DNA of 47,298 bases. Origin: Nanobdellota archaeon (GTDB lineage: Archaea; Nanobdellota; Nanobdellia; SCGC-AAA011-G17; GW2011-AR17). The position numbers and the translations under genes were made by a program. Shown here piece by piece: positions 8,767 through 16,013 of this stretch (the stretch's first letter is position 1; each line of letters opens with the position of its first letter). The stretch covers positions 1 through 47,298 of the forward strand of contig JAHIMK010000004.1 of the NCBI GenBank assembly GCA_018896675.1. The letters are read 5' to 3'. The notes beneath the pieces were generated by a model. The model made no database searches and was not told where the DNA came from. It worked only from the letters and a program-made list of their open reading frames with translations.

Positions 8767-8843
8767 TTTGTCCCCCATTTTAAAATATTTAGTATGGAAA
8801 TTAAACACTTACAAATATAAATAATTAACTAAAAAAGAAAAAA

Positions 8844-9401
8844 TTAGCAACACATTACTTCAAATGGTTGATATTCTGAAACTTTAACATCACCTAGTCT
8901 AGGTTCATCACTTGCAACAGTTGTCATTCTTGAACAAGATTCTGAATTAAATCCTGTAGATATTCCAGAGCAAGCAATTGCGCTAAAAGAATACTCTTTT
9001 ATGACGGCCTGAATTTTACCTTCACAATTGATTTGTGAACCTTCTAATTCTGTTTCATAGTAAGTTCTTGTTCTTTCAGCAAATATCCATTGACAATTTT
9101 TTCCAGTATTTGAACAAATATTGTCCCCATTTAATTGAGAATTTTCAACTTTAACAGCTCTACAATTTTCATTAATTAAAGCATTTCCCATTTGTTCAGC
9201 TTGTTGTGTTTCTTCTATAAGTTCAGCTTGTACTTGTTCATTAACAGCTTTTTTAATACCAAATAGTTTAGCAAAAAAACCAGGGTTAGATGCCTGAACT
9301 TCAATAGCATCTCCTGTAACATCAGGATTAATTTGCGTTATTGCAATAGTTACAACAAACAAAGCTACAACAAAAATTCCAATTACATATCGTGTTTTCA
9401 T
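8844..9401 (-). CDS. secreted/anchored protein, VTG..FFxKLFGIK family, C-terminal CC
   Basis: SD AGGAGGA. TM helix, then VTGDAIEVQASNPGFFAKLFGIKK, with multiple Cys, and the protein ends ..FEVMCC. Paralogous architecture to the 7024 gene. Confidence 0.7.
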   Translation of the reverse strand: MKTRYVIGIFVVALFVVTIAITQINPDVTGDAIEVQASNPGFFAKLFGIKKAVNEQVQAELIEETQQAEQMGNALINENCRAVKVENSQLNGDNICSNTGKNCQWIFAERTRTYYETELEGSQINCEGKIQAVIKEYSFSAIACSGISTGFNSESCSRMTTVASDEPRLGDVKVSEYQPFEVMCC

Positions 9402-9412
9402 TTTTTATCCTC

Positions 9413-10276
9413 CTAAAACATTAACGGCGTTATATATACTTCTATAACTCCTGCAATTAATATGGTTATAAAAGCTAACATAAATAAATCTAACGCATCA
9501 AACATTACTTTTCTGAAGTTTGGATCTCCAGGCTCGTGCCTAATTACAGCTACTGATATCAAACCGCCAGCTAGGCCACCAATAAAATAAGCTAATATTT
9601 CAAATATGCCGTGAGTCATATATCTTAACAAAGCAATTGAAAAGACGTGAAAGTAAGCCGCTACTTTGACAAAACCTGCTTGTGCAGCATATTTTTCTAA
9701 ATTGCTTCTCACAAAAGTACCGACGGCAGCTGAAATTACAGATGCATTCCATGTTAAGATAAATATTGCTCCTGCACCATAAAAAAATGCAAAAAAGATA
9801 CAGAAAAATAAAACTTTAAGATTATTTAAAATTATATTTCCCATCAAACCAAAACTTGTTGCAAAGGTAGTTACAGAATTTGCAGTAACTTGATTATTAA
9901 TTAGATTTATAGTTAACATTTGTGCGGAAAATAAATTTTGTACAATATGTGCTGGCAAAAATATGAACCATGCTGCAAAAGCAACAACAAATCCCATGAA
10001 TAGATAAATGAAGTAAGTTAGGGCTTTTCTATGATGCTTTAACCTGCTCATTTCATCTTTAAGTTCAGTATCTTTTTTTTCTTCATAACGTATTGTTCTA
10101 TATATTAAAGGAACACAAGCTAATACTGTTAAGAAAACTACAATTAAGCTTGCTTGGTCTTTGAAAATCCAAAGTGATAAGAAAACAGCTATAGATGCAT
10201 ATAATATTCCTAATATAAACATATACAATGGCTTTTCTTCTGCCAACTTTGGTGATATTAATGTCTCTAGAACCAT
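9413..10276 (-). CDS. SpoIIM-like (DUF95) integral membrane protein
   Basis: Six predicted TM helices. Conserved-looking NNLKVLFFCIFF..GAGAIFILTWNASVI and HGIFEILAYFIGGLAGG are typical of the stage II sporulation protein M family. Confidence 0.6.
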   Translation of the reverse strand: MVLETLISPKLAEEKPLYMFILGILYASIAVFLSLWIFKDQASLIVVFLTVLACVPLIYRTIRYEEKKDTELKDEMSRLKHHRKALTYFIYLFMGFVVAFAAWFIFLPAHIVQNLFSAQMLTINLINNQVTANSVTTFATSFGLMGNIILNNLKVLFFCIFFAFFYGAGAIFILTWNASVISAAVGTFVRSNLEKYAAQAGFVKVAAYFHVFSIALLRYMTHGIFEILAYFIGGLAGGLISVAVIRHEPGDPNFRKVMFDALDLFMLAFITILIAGVIEVYITPLMF

Positions 10277-10338
10277 ATCCTAATTGTGGAATTTTAAATT
10301 TAAATAGTTTTGGGATAACATTAGAACCGTTTAAGTAA

Positions 10339-10848
10339 TTATTTTATATTTAAATAAGTTTTAATTTCATCAAAGAATTTATTTGATTCACCTAATAATC
10401 TATCTTCAGTCTCGCTTAGTCTGTCTCTAATTAATATTTTTTCATAGATGGCGCCTAATAATTGTCCAAAAAACTTTTTCTCCCAAACTTTAGTATTCTT
10501 GTTCATAGTTCCTTTAAACCTGAACTCAACACTTCCTTTGTTCATCTTTTTCTTGACATTATCTATATTGACTTCAACATCACTAATAGTAGCTTTAAAA
10601 TCTACATTAAAATTATAAGAAACATATTCATCTACTTTTTTATTGCAAACCCAAGAAATTTCTGAAAGTCTTGAACCATTAGGCAAATCAGATATTAAAT
10701 ATCTAGTTTCTGTCCAATTGTATCCAAAATGCACAAACCAACGCTGCATTTCTATATATAGTTCTTCAAAATCAAATATAGTTGAAGCTTTAATCTTGTA
10801 GCCATTTGGAATAATTTCTAAACTATCTTCTATTTTTGCCCAGGCCAT
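10339..10848 (-). CDS. hypothetical protein (169 aa)
   Basis: Long ORF, co-oriented with and 33 nt downstream of the 10882 gene. No family recognised. Confidence 0.6.
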   Translation of the reverse strand: MAWAKIEDSLEIIPNGYKIKASTIFDFEELYIEMQRWFVHFGYNWTETRYLISDLPNGSRLSEISWVCNKKVDEYVSYNFNVDFKATISDVEVNIDNVKKKMNKGSVEFRFKGTMNKNTKVWEKKFFGQLLGAIYEKILIRDRLSETEDRLLGESNKFFDEIKTYLNIK

Positions 10849-10881
10849 ATTGCTTATAATCTCTCATTACCTTAATAAGGT

Positions 10882-11157
10882 TTACTTTTTTGATTTATCT
10901 TCTATGGCTTTTAAAGCATCGCTTAAAGCCATAAATAAATTATCTCCTTCTGCTCTTTCTTCTAATTTTTTATCTTTAGAGCTAACTTTTATTGTAATTT
11001 TTTTATCTTCTTTTATTACTTCAAAAGCTTCTAGCTCTCCAATATTTTCAGAAACCTTTCTTGCAAACAAACCAACCATTTTTTTAACAACAATCAACAT
11101 GCCATAGTCAAGTTTGTCAAATCCATCTAATTTAATGTTACCACCTAAAGTTATCAT
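10882..11157 (-). CDS. small protein with HPF/RaiA (S30AE)-like pattern (tentative)
   Basis: 91 aa. MITLGGNIKL.. at the start and ..RAEGDNLFMALSDALKAIEDKSKK at the end resemble the bacterial HPF/YfiA signature (..AEGxDxYxAIDxxxDKLxxQL). Pattern match by eye only. Confidence 0.5.
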   Translation of the reverse strand: MITLGGNIKLDGFDKLDYGMLIVVKKMVGLFARKVSENIGELEAFEVIKEDKKITIKVSSKDKKLEERAEGDNLFMALSDALKAIEDKSKK

Positions 11158-11261
11158 TTAGTCACCTCTTTAATAATTAAAGCAAAATATCTTATGTTGA
11201 AATGTTTTAAATAATTTTCTAATACTAAACTTTTATATATTGTGCTTTAAATCTTAGGTTA

Positions 11262-11579
11262 ATGAGCTTATTCCAATGCGATAGATGTGGATGTTTAGAA
11301 AATACTGCTTTAACCGAGTGTTCTTCTGATTATATGAAAATTTTTATTAAAGAATCTAAAGAGCTTAAAGAATATAAAAAAGAATTAGGCTTAAATGAAA
11401 ATCAAGAATTTGGAAATTATTGCTCTGCATGTTGTCCATTAGGAGAGAGAAAATGGCATGGAGAATTTCCTAGAATCTTTTTACCCAAAGGTGAATTTGA
11501 AACAGCTCCGAATGGAAATATAAGGCCTAAGAAAATATTAGATGAAGATGTTGAAAAATATGCTTTAAAAATTGAGTAA
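11262..11579 (+). CDS. Cys-rich hypothetical protein (105 aa)
   Basis: CDRCGC...C and CSACC pairs suggest a zinc ribbon-like module. A TATA-like box is upstream. Confidence 0.6.
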   Translation: MSLFQCDRCGCLENTALTECSSDYMKIFIKESKELKEYKKELGLNENQEFGNYCSACCPLGERKWHGEFPRIFLPKGEFETAPNGNIRPKKILDEDVEKYALKIE

Positions 11580-11596
11580 CAAAAACCTTTATATAA
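11578..11596 (+). promoter_or_regulatory. BRE/TATA promoter (AACAAAAACCTTTATATAA), leaderless geometry for the 11618 gene
   Basis: The 19-mer is identical to 11988-12006. The TATA core is centred ~26 nt upstream of the ATG at 11618. Confidence 0.7.
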
Positions 11597-11617
11597 CAGA
11601 TAATTGTCATTTTTTCC

Positions 11618-11983
11618 ATGACTTCGCAAAACATTTATGAAATAATGGCCAAAGTATTTAGTGAGATTGAAAAAGAACCTACTAAATTAACTAATTTACC
11701 TTTTGAATATGTTGGGATGGAAGATGAAAGGGCTTTCACAGTAGAAAATTTAGAAACTATTGCTTGTAATCATGTATTTGATGATAATCCAATTTTTTTT
11801 GGGATAACAGAACTTGAAGGATGGACAATAAGGTCTTATTTCACAACAGGTGCTGTAACTTATGATTATGTTCAAGATTTACGAAGAGAATTTCCAGATT
11901 TCTTCAAATGTCCTGAATCACAAGAATATATTAATTCTGTAAATAAACGTAGAAAAAAATTAGGATTAGATTCTATTTCTTGA
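11618..11983 (+). CDS. hypothetical protein (121 aa)
   Basis: The ORF has a canonical upstream promoter box. No family recognised. Confidence 0.6.
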   Translation: MTSQNIYEIMAKVFSEIEKEPTKLTNLPFEYVGMEDERAFTVENLETIACNHVFDDNPIFFGITELEGWTIRSYFTTGAVTYDYVQDLRREFPDFFKCPESQEYINSVNKRRKKLGLDSIS

Positions 11984-11987
11984 TTCC

Positions 11988-12006
11988 AACAAAAACCTTT
12001 ATATAA
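11988..12006 (+). promoter_or_regulatory. BRE/TATA promoter (AACAAAAACCTTTATATAA) for ppsA
   Basis: The 19-mer is identical to 11578-11596. It is followed by SD-like GGGGTGAT at 12033-12040 and the ATG at 12044. Confidence 0.7.
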
Positions 12007-12043
12007 TCTCTAGCATTAATGATTCTGTAATCGGGGTGATTTA

Positions 12044-14383
12044 ATGGCTGATATCGCATGGTTTAGAGAAATTTCTAATCAAGATGTAGGAACAGTTGGC
12101 GGAAAAGGAGCATCATTAGGAGAAATGTTCAATGCAGGTTTGCCAGTACCTCCTGGATTTATAGTAACTGCTCAAGCTTATGAAAAATTTATAACAAAAT
12201 CTGAAATAGATAAAGAAATGTATGTAGTCCTAAAAGATTTAGACATTGAAAATAATACTGCTTTGCAAGAAGCAGCAAAAAAAGTACAAAAAATTATTCT
12301 AAAAACTCCTATGCTAGAAGATATCAAAAAAGAAATTGTAGAAGCTTACAATATTATGACTATTGACCATGCATCAAAATTAGGTAAAGATGTTTTAGAA
12401 GATAAAGGAGCTAAGGCTCCATTTGTAGCTGTAAGAAGTTCTGCAACAGCTGAAGATCTTCCGACAGCATCATTTGCCGGACAGCAAGCAACTTATCTTA
12501 ATGTTCGAGGTAGTACTGAGTTAGTAGAAGCAGTACAAAAATGTTGGGCTTCATTATTTACAGCAAGAGCAATTTATTATAGGATTAAAAATAATTTTGA
12601 ACATTCAAAAGTTTTTATTGCAGTAGTTGTACAAAAAATGGTTGACTCAGAAAAATCAGGTGTAATGTTTTCAGTAAATCCAGTAACTAATAATACCGAA
12701 GAAGTTATGATTGAAGCAGGTTATGGTTTAGGAGAAACAGTAGTTTCAGGATCTATAAGTCCTGACCAATATATTGTTGATAAAAATTCTAATGAAGTTA
12801 AATCAGCAAAAGTAAACAAACAAACTTGGATGTTGGTTAGAAGCGAAGAAGGAAAAAATATTAAAAAAGATGTTCCTCAAGAAAAGCAAGAAGCTCAAAT
12901 TTTATCCAATTATGAAATAATGGAGTTAGCTAAGTTAGCTAAAAAAATTGAAGACCATTACAAAAAACCTCAAGACTTGGAATTTGCAATTGAAAATTCA
13001 AAGATTTATATTGTACAATCAAGACCAATAACAACTTTAAAGAAAAAAGCTGTTGAAGAAAAAACAGTAGATGAATCGGATATGGTACCTATAGAAAAAG
13101 CTAAATTAATTCTTTCAGGTATAGCAGCTTCACCTGGGATAGGCATTGGCCCTGTAAAAATTGTTAATACTGCTCAAGATTTAGATAAGATAAAAAAAGG
13201 CGATGTTTTGGTAGCAGAAATGACTAATCCAGATTATGTTTCTGCCATGGAAAAAAGTGTTGCAATAGTAACTGATTCTGGTGGAAGTACTTCTCATGCT
13301 GCAATAGTAGGGAGAGAGATGGGTATACCTGTAATTGTTGGCACAGAAGTTGCAACCAAGCAATTGAAAGAAAATCAGATAATTACTGTAGATGCAACCA
13401 ATGGTAAAGTTTACGACGGAAAAATTAGTTTACATATTGATAAGACTGAAAAAGCTGCCATTATGGCTGCCGCTCCTTCAGTACAAACAGTAACTGAAAT
13501 TAAAGTTATTATGGATCTTCCAGAGTATGCAGAAAAAGCTGCAGCAACAGGAGCAGATGGTGTTGGTTTATTAAGATGCGAAATGATGATGGCTAAACAT
13601 GAACATCCTGCTTATCTTTTGAAACATGGTAAGAAAGAAGTTTTAATGGAAGAATTAGTTTCTAGTATTTCAAAGATTGCAGCTGCATTTAAAGGCAAAC
13701 CTGTTTGGTACAGAACTTCAGATTTCAGAACAGATGAATATAGGAATTTACTTGGTGGTGAAGATGAACCAAAAGAACCTAATCCTATGTTAGGCTGGCA
13801 CGGTATCAGAAGAGGCATGGATCAAATTGAATTATTAACTACAGAATTTGAAGCTATAAAGAAAGTTCATGATATGGGATTGACGAATGTTGGAATAATG
13901 TTGCCGATGGTAACTCATGTTGAGCAGGTTGAGAAGGCAAGAGAATTATTACAAGAGATAGGCATGGAGCCACAAGAGAACATTGATTTTGGTGTAATGA
14001 TAGAAACTCCAGCTTCTGTACAAATAATTGAAGAGATTTGTAAAGTTGGAATTGACTTTGTATCTTTTGGAACTAATGACCTTACACAATTTACTTTAGC
14101 TTTGGACAGGAATAATGCTCGCGTACAAAATTTGTATGATGAAATGCATCCAGCTATATTAAGACAAATAAAACATGTCATTGATATTTGCAAACGTTAC
14201 ACTGTTGAAACTAGCATTTGCGGTCAAGCAGGTTCAAATCCAGAAATGGCAGAATTTTTGGTTAACGCTGGAATAGATAGTATCTCTGCAAACGTAGATG
14301 CAGTAGCTACTATTAAACAAGTTGTTGCAAGAGCTGAACGAAAATTATTGTTAAGTGTTGCAAGAAAGCGTTTGGAAGATTAA
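12044..14383 (+). CDS. ppsA: phosphoenolpyruvate synthase (pyruvate, water dikinase)
   Basis: N-terminal ATP-grasp region (VGGKGASLGEM, VAVRSSATAEDLP..SFAGQQ), phospho-His swivel domain GGSTSHAAIVGREMGIPVIVG, and C-terminal PEP-utilising TIM barrel (GVGLLRCEMM.., SFGTNDLTQ). The 779-aa length is typical. Confidence 0.95.
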   Translation: MADIAWFREISNQDVGTVGGKGASLGEMFNAGLPVPPGFIVTAQAYEKFITKSEIDKEMYVVLKDLDIENNTALQEAAKKVQKIILKTPMLEDIKKEIVEAYNIMTIDHASKLGKDVLEDKGAKAPFVAVRSSATAEDLPTASFAGQQATYLNVRGSTELVEAVQKCWASLFTARAIYYRIKNNFEHSKVFIAVVVQKMVDSEKSGVMFSVNPVTNNTEEVMIEAGYGLGETVVSGSISPDQYIVDKNSNEVKSAKVNKQTWMLVRSEEGKNIKKDVPQEKQEAQILSNYEIMELAKLAKKIEDHYKKPQDLEFAIENSKIYIVQSRPITTLKKKAVEEKTVDESDMVPIEKAKLILSGIAASPGIGIGPVKIVNTAQDLDKIKKGDVLVAEMTNPDYVSAMEKSVAIVTDSGGSTSHAAIVGREMGIPVIVGTEVATKQLKENQIITVDATNGKVYDGKISLHIDKTEKAAIMAAAPSVQTVTEIKVIMDLPEYAEKAAATGADGVGLLRCEMMMAKHEHPAYLLKHGKKEVLMEELVSSISKIAAAFKGKPVWYRTSDFRTDEYRNLLGGEDEPKEPNPMLGWHGIRRGMDQIELLTTEFEAIKKVHDMGLTNVGIMLPMVTHVEQVEKARELLQEIGMEPQENIDFGVMIETPASVQIIEEICKVGIDFVSFGTNDLTQFTLALDRNNARVQNLYDEMHPAILRQIKHVIDICKRYTVETSICGQAGSNPEMAEFLVNAGIDSISANVDAVATIKQVVARAERKLLLSVARKRLED

Positions 14384-14430
14384 ATTTTTAAGAAAAGTTT
14401 ATTAATAGTTTAATTATTCTAGAGAAAATA

Positions 14431-14895
14431 ATGAAATTAATAAATAAAATTTTAGGAACTTTATCCTTAACAGGATTACTTTTGACTAGTGGGGCTTGCG
14501 AAAACAAAGAGATTATAAAAGACATTAGATATAGTATCCAACTTAATGAAATTACAAGATGTGAATCTATTGAAAATAATTATCAAAGAATTGTTAAAGT
14601 TTTTAAAGAGAATAAAGAATTAGGAAATTTATCAACTATTGGAAATAATAAAGAATTAGATTTTGCTATAAGAAGAATGACATATGTTAAAGATTCTAAT
14701 ACAAAATGTAGATTTTATGGTGGGATGGCATATATTGAAAATTCTGATTCGAAATATATATTTAATATGGTAGAGTATAGTCCTATAAATCAAATAGACA
14801 AATTTAATTTAGATGATGAACTTAAAGAGAAAATGAAAGATACTTATTTATTTTTGAAGATGTGTGATTTAAAATTAATAGAAACTTTTGATTAA
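14431..14895 (+). CDS. putative lipoprotein, unknown function
   Basis: Signal peptide ending in the lipobox-like LLTSGAC. Confidence 0.55.
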   Translation: MKLINKILGTLSLTGLLLTSGACENKEIIKDIRYSIQLNEITRCESIENNYQRIVKVFKENKELGNLSTIGNNKELDFAIRRMTYVKDSNTKCRFYGGMAYIENSDSKYIFNMVEYSPINQIDKFNLDDELKEKMKDTYLFLKMCDLKLIETFD

Positions 14896-14936
14896 AAATC
14901 CATAATTATTATAAATTAATTTTATTAAAGAATACT

Positions 14937-15215
14937 ATGTTTGAAAAAGAAGATATTGGAAAAAGAGTATTATTAGAATTAGATATTGAAAAATCCGAAC
15001 TGTTTAACAAGGAATCAGAAATAAATATAGGGCAGATTGCTAAAGGTCTTGGAGCATCAGCAATATTTACAAAGGGAACTATTTTAGAGATTACTGAAAA
15101 TTATGTAAAAATCATGACAGAACCATTAGGTTTAACTCCATTAATTGCTGAAACAGGTAAAAAAGAAAAAGAAGTTCCTTATTCTTTAATTAAAAGTTAT
15201 GAATTTTTACAATAA
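14937..15215 (+). CDS. hypothetical protein (92 aa)
   Basis: ORF in a co-oriented gene string. No family recognised. Confidence 0.5.
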   Translation: MFEKEDIGKRVLLELDIEKSELFNKESEINIGQIAKGLGASAIFTKGTILEITENYVKIMTEPLGLTPLIAETGKKEKEVPYSLIKSYEFLQ

Positions 15216-15247
15216 AGTTTAAATATTGCTAAACTATAAGATTTGTT

Positions 15248-16003
15248 ATGAAAAGGGGCCAAATAACTGTATTTATAGTTCTTGGACTTATTTTTGTAGC
15301 TGTTATAGGTTTATTGATAGCTTATAAGGACACATTAATGGGTTCACAAACTGCTCAAGTTGAGGGCATTGGTACGCTGCAACCAGAATTAATGGGGGCA
15401 GGAGAACTGATTGAAGATTGTATTAAAGAAGTTGCTAAATCTGGATTGTCTGATTTAGGAATGCACGCAGGCATCATAGATAATTCACAATTAGAAACAT
15501 TTGATTTTTCAGGTTTAGATGCAACTTATTTATATTCTAATTCAGAAAGCAAACTTCCCAGTAGGGAAGCAATGGAAGAAAGTTTAGCTTTATTTGTAAA
15601 ACAAAATGTTCGAGACTGTTTAGCAGTTGAATTACCTGGTTTTGAAGTTACTCCAGCTGAAGTAAAAGAAGTTTCAGCAGATATTGGTTCTGAAGAAGTA
15701 GATGTTGCAGTTGAATGGCCTATCACAATTAAGAAAGCTGCTTTAGAATCTAAAGTTGACGGCTTCAAAATATCAGTGCCAGTAAGATTAGGAATAATAT
15801 ATAATGAAGTTGAAAGTTTTATTTCACAACAACTTGAAACACCTGAAGAAGTTTGTTTAAGTTGCCTTTTAGACTCAGCTCAAGAGAAAGATTTATCAAT
15901 AGAAGTTAATAACTTCATTTCAACATATGTTTTCGTCGTAAAAGACACAAAAGTATTGATAAACGACCAGCCATACCATTTCGTATTTGCGAATGGTTAC
16001 TAA
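15248..16003 (+). CDS. pilin-like protein with class III signal peptide
   Basis: MKRGQ|ITVFIVLGLIFVAVIGLLIAY has a K-R-G-Q cleavage-type motif followed by a hydrophobic helix. It overlaps the next gene. Confidence 0.6.
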   Translation: MKRGQITVFIVLGLIFVAVIGLLIAYKDTLMGSQTAQVEGIGTLQPELMGAGELIEDCIKEVAKSGLSDLGMHAGIIDNSQLETFDFSGLDATYLYSNSESKLPSREAMEESLALFVKQNVRDCLAVELPGFEVTPAEVKEVSADIGSEEVDVAVEWPITIKKAALESKVDGFKISVPVRLGIIYNEVESFISQQLETPEEVCLSCLLDSAQEKDLSIEVNNFISTYVFVVKDTKVLINDQPYHFVFANGY

Positions 16004-16013
16004 CGGAGGGAAA

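Noticed and set aside
7298-8824. Plus-strand ORFs 7298..7489, 7802..8302 and 8567..8824.
   Set aside because: They are antisense to the secreted-protein genes at 7024 and 7684. Those genes have SD sites, signal peptides and shared motifs, and the plus-strand translations have none.
10850-11107. Plus-strand ORF 10850..11107 competing with minus-strand 10882..11157.
   Set aside because: The minus-strand product has a balanced composition and an HPF-like pattern, and it is co-oriented with its neighbours. The plus-strand product is a hydrophobic, S/L/F-rich shadow.
13181-14193. Minus-strand ORFs 13181..13363, 13612..13818 and 13915..14193.
   Set aside because: They are antisense to the well-supported ppsA gene and have no motifs or promoter boxes.
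14231-14241. GGTTCAAATCC, a T-loop-like 11-mer identical to part of the tRNA-Tyr T arm.
   Set aside because: It lies in frame inside ppsA (encoding GSNPE) with no surrounding cloverleaf or acceptor complementarity, so it is a chance match and not a tRNA or att remnant.
12044-14383. A possible intein in ppsA (some archaeal pps genes carry one), or inteins in rad50.
   Set aside because: The ppsA product is 779 aa with contiguous conserved blocks and no Cys/Ser..HN-type insertion. Rad50 is shorter than usual, not longer.
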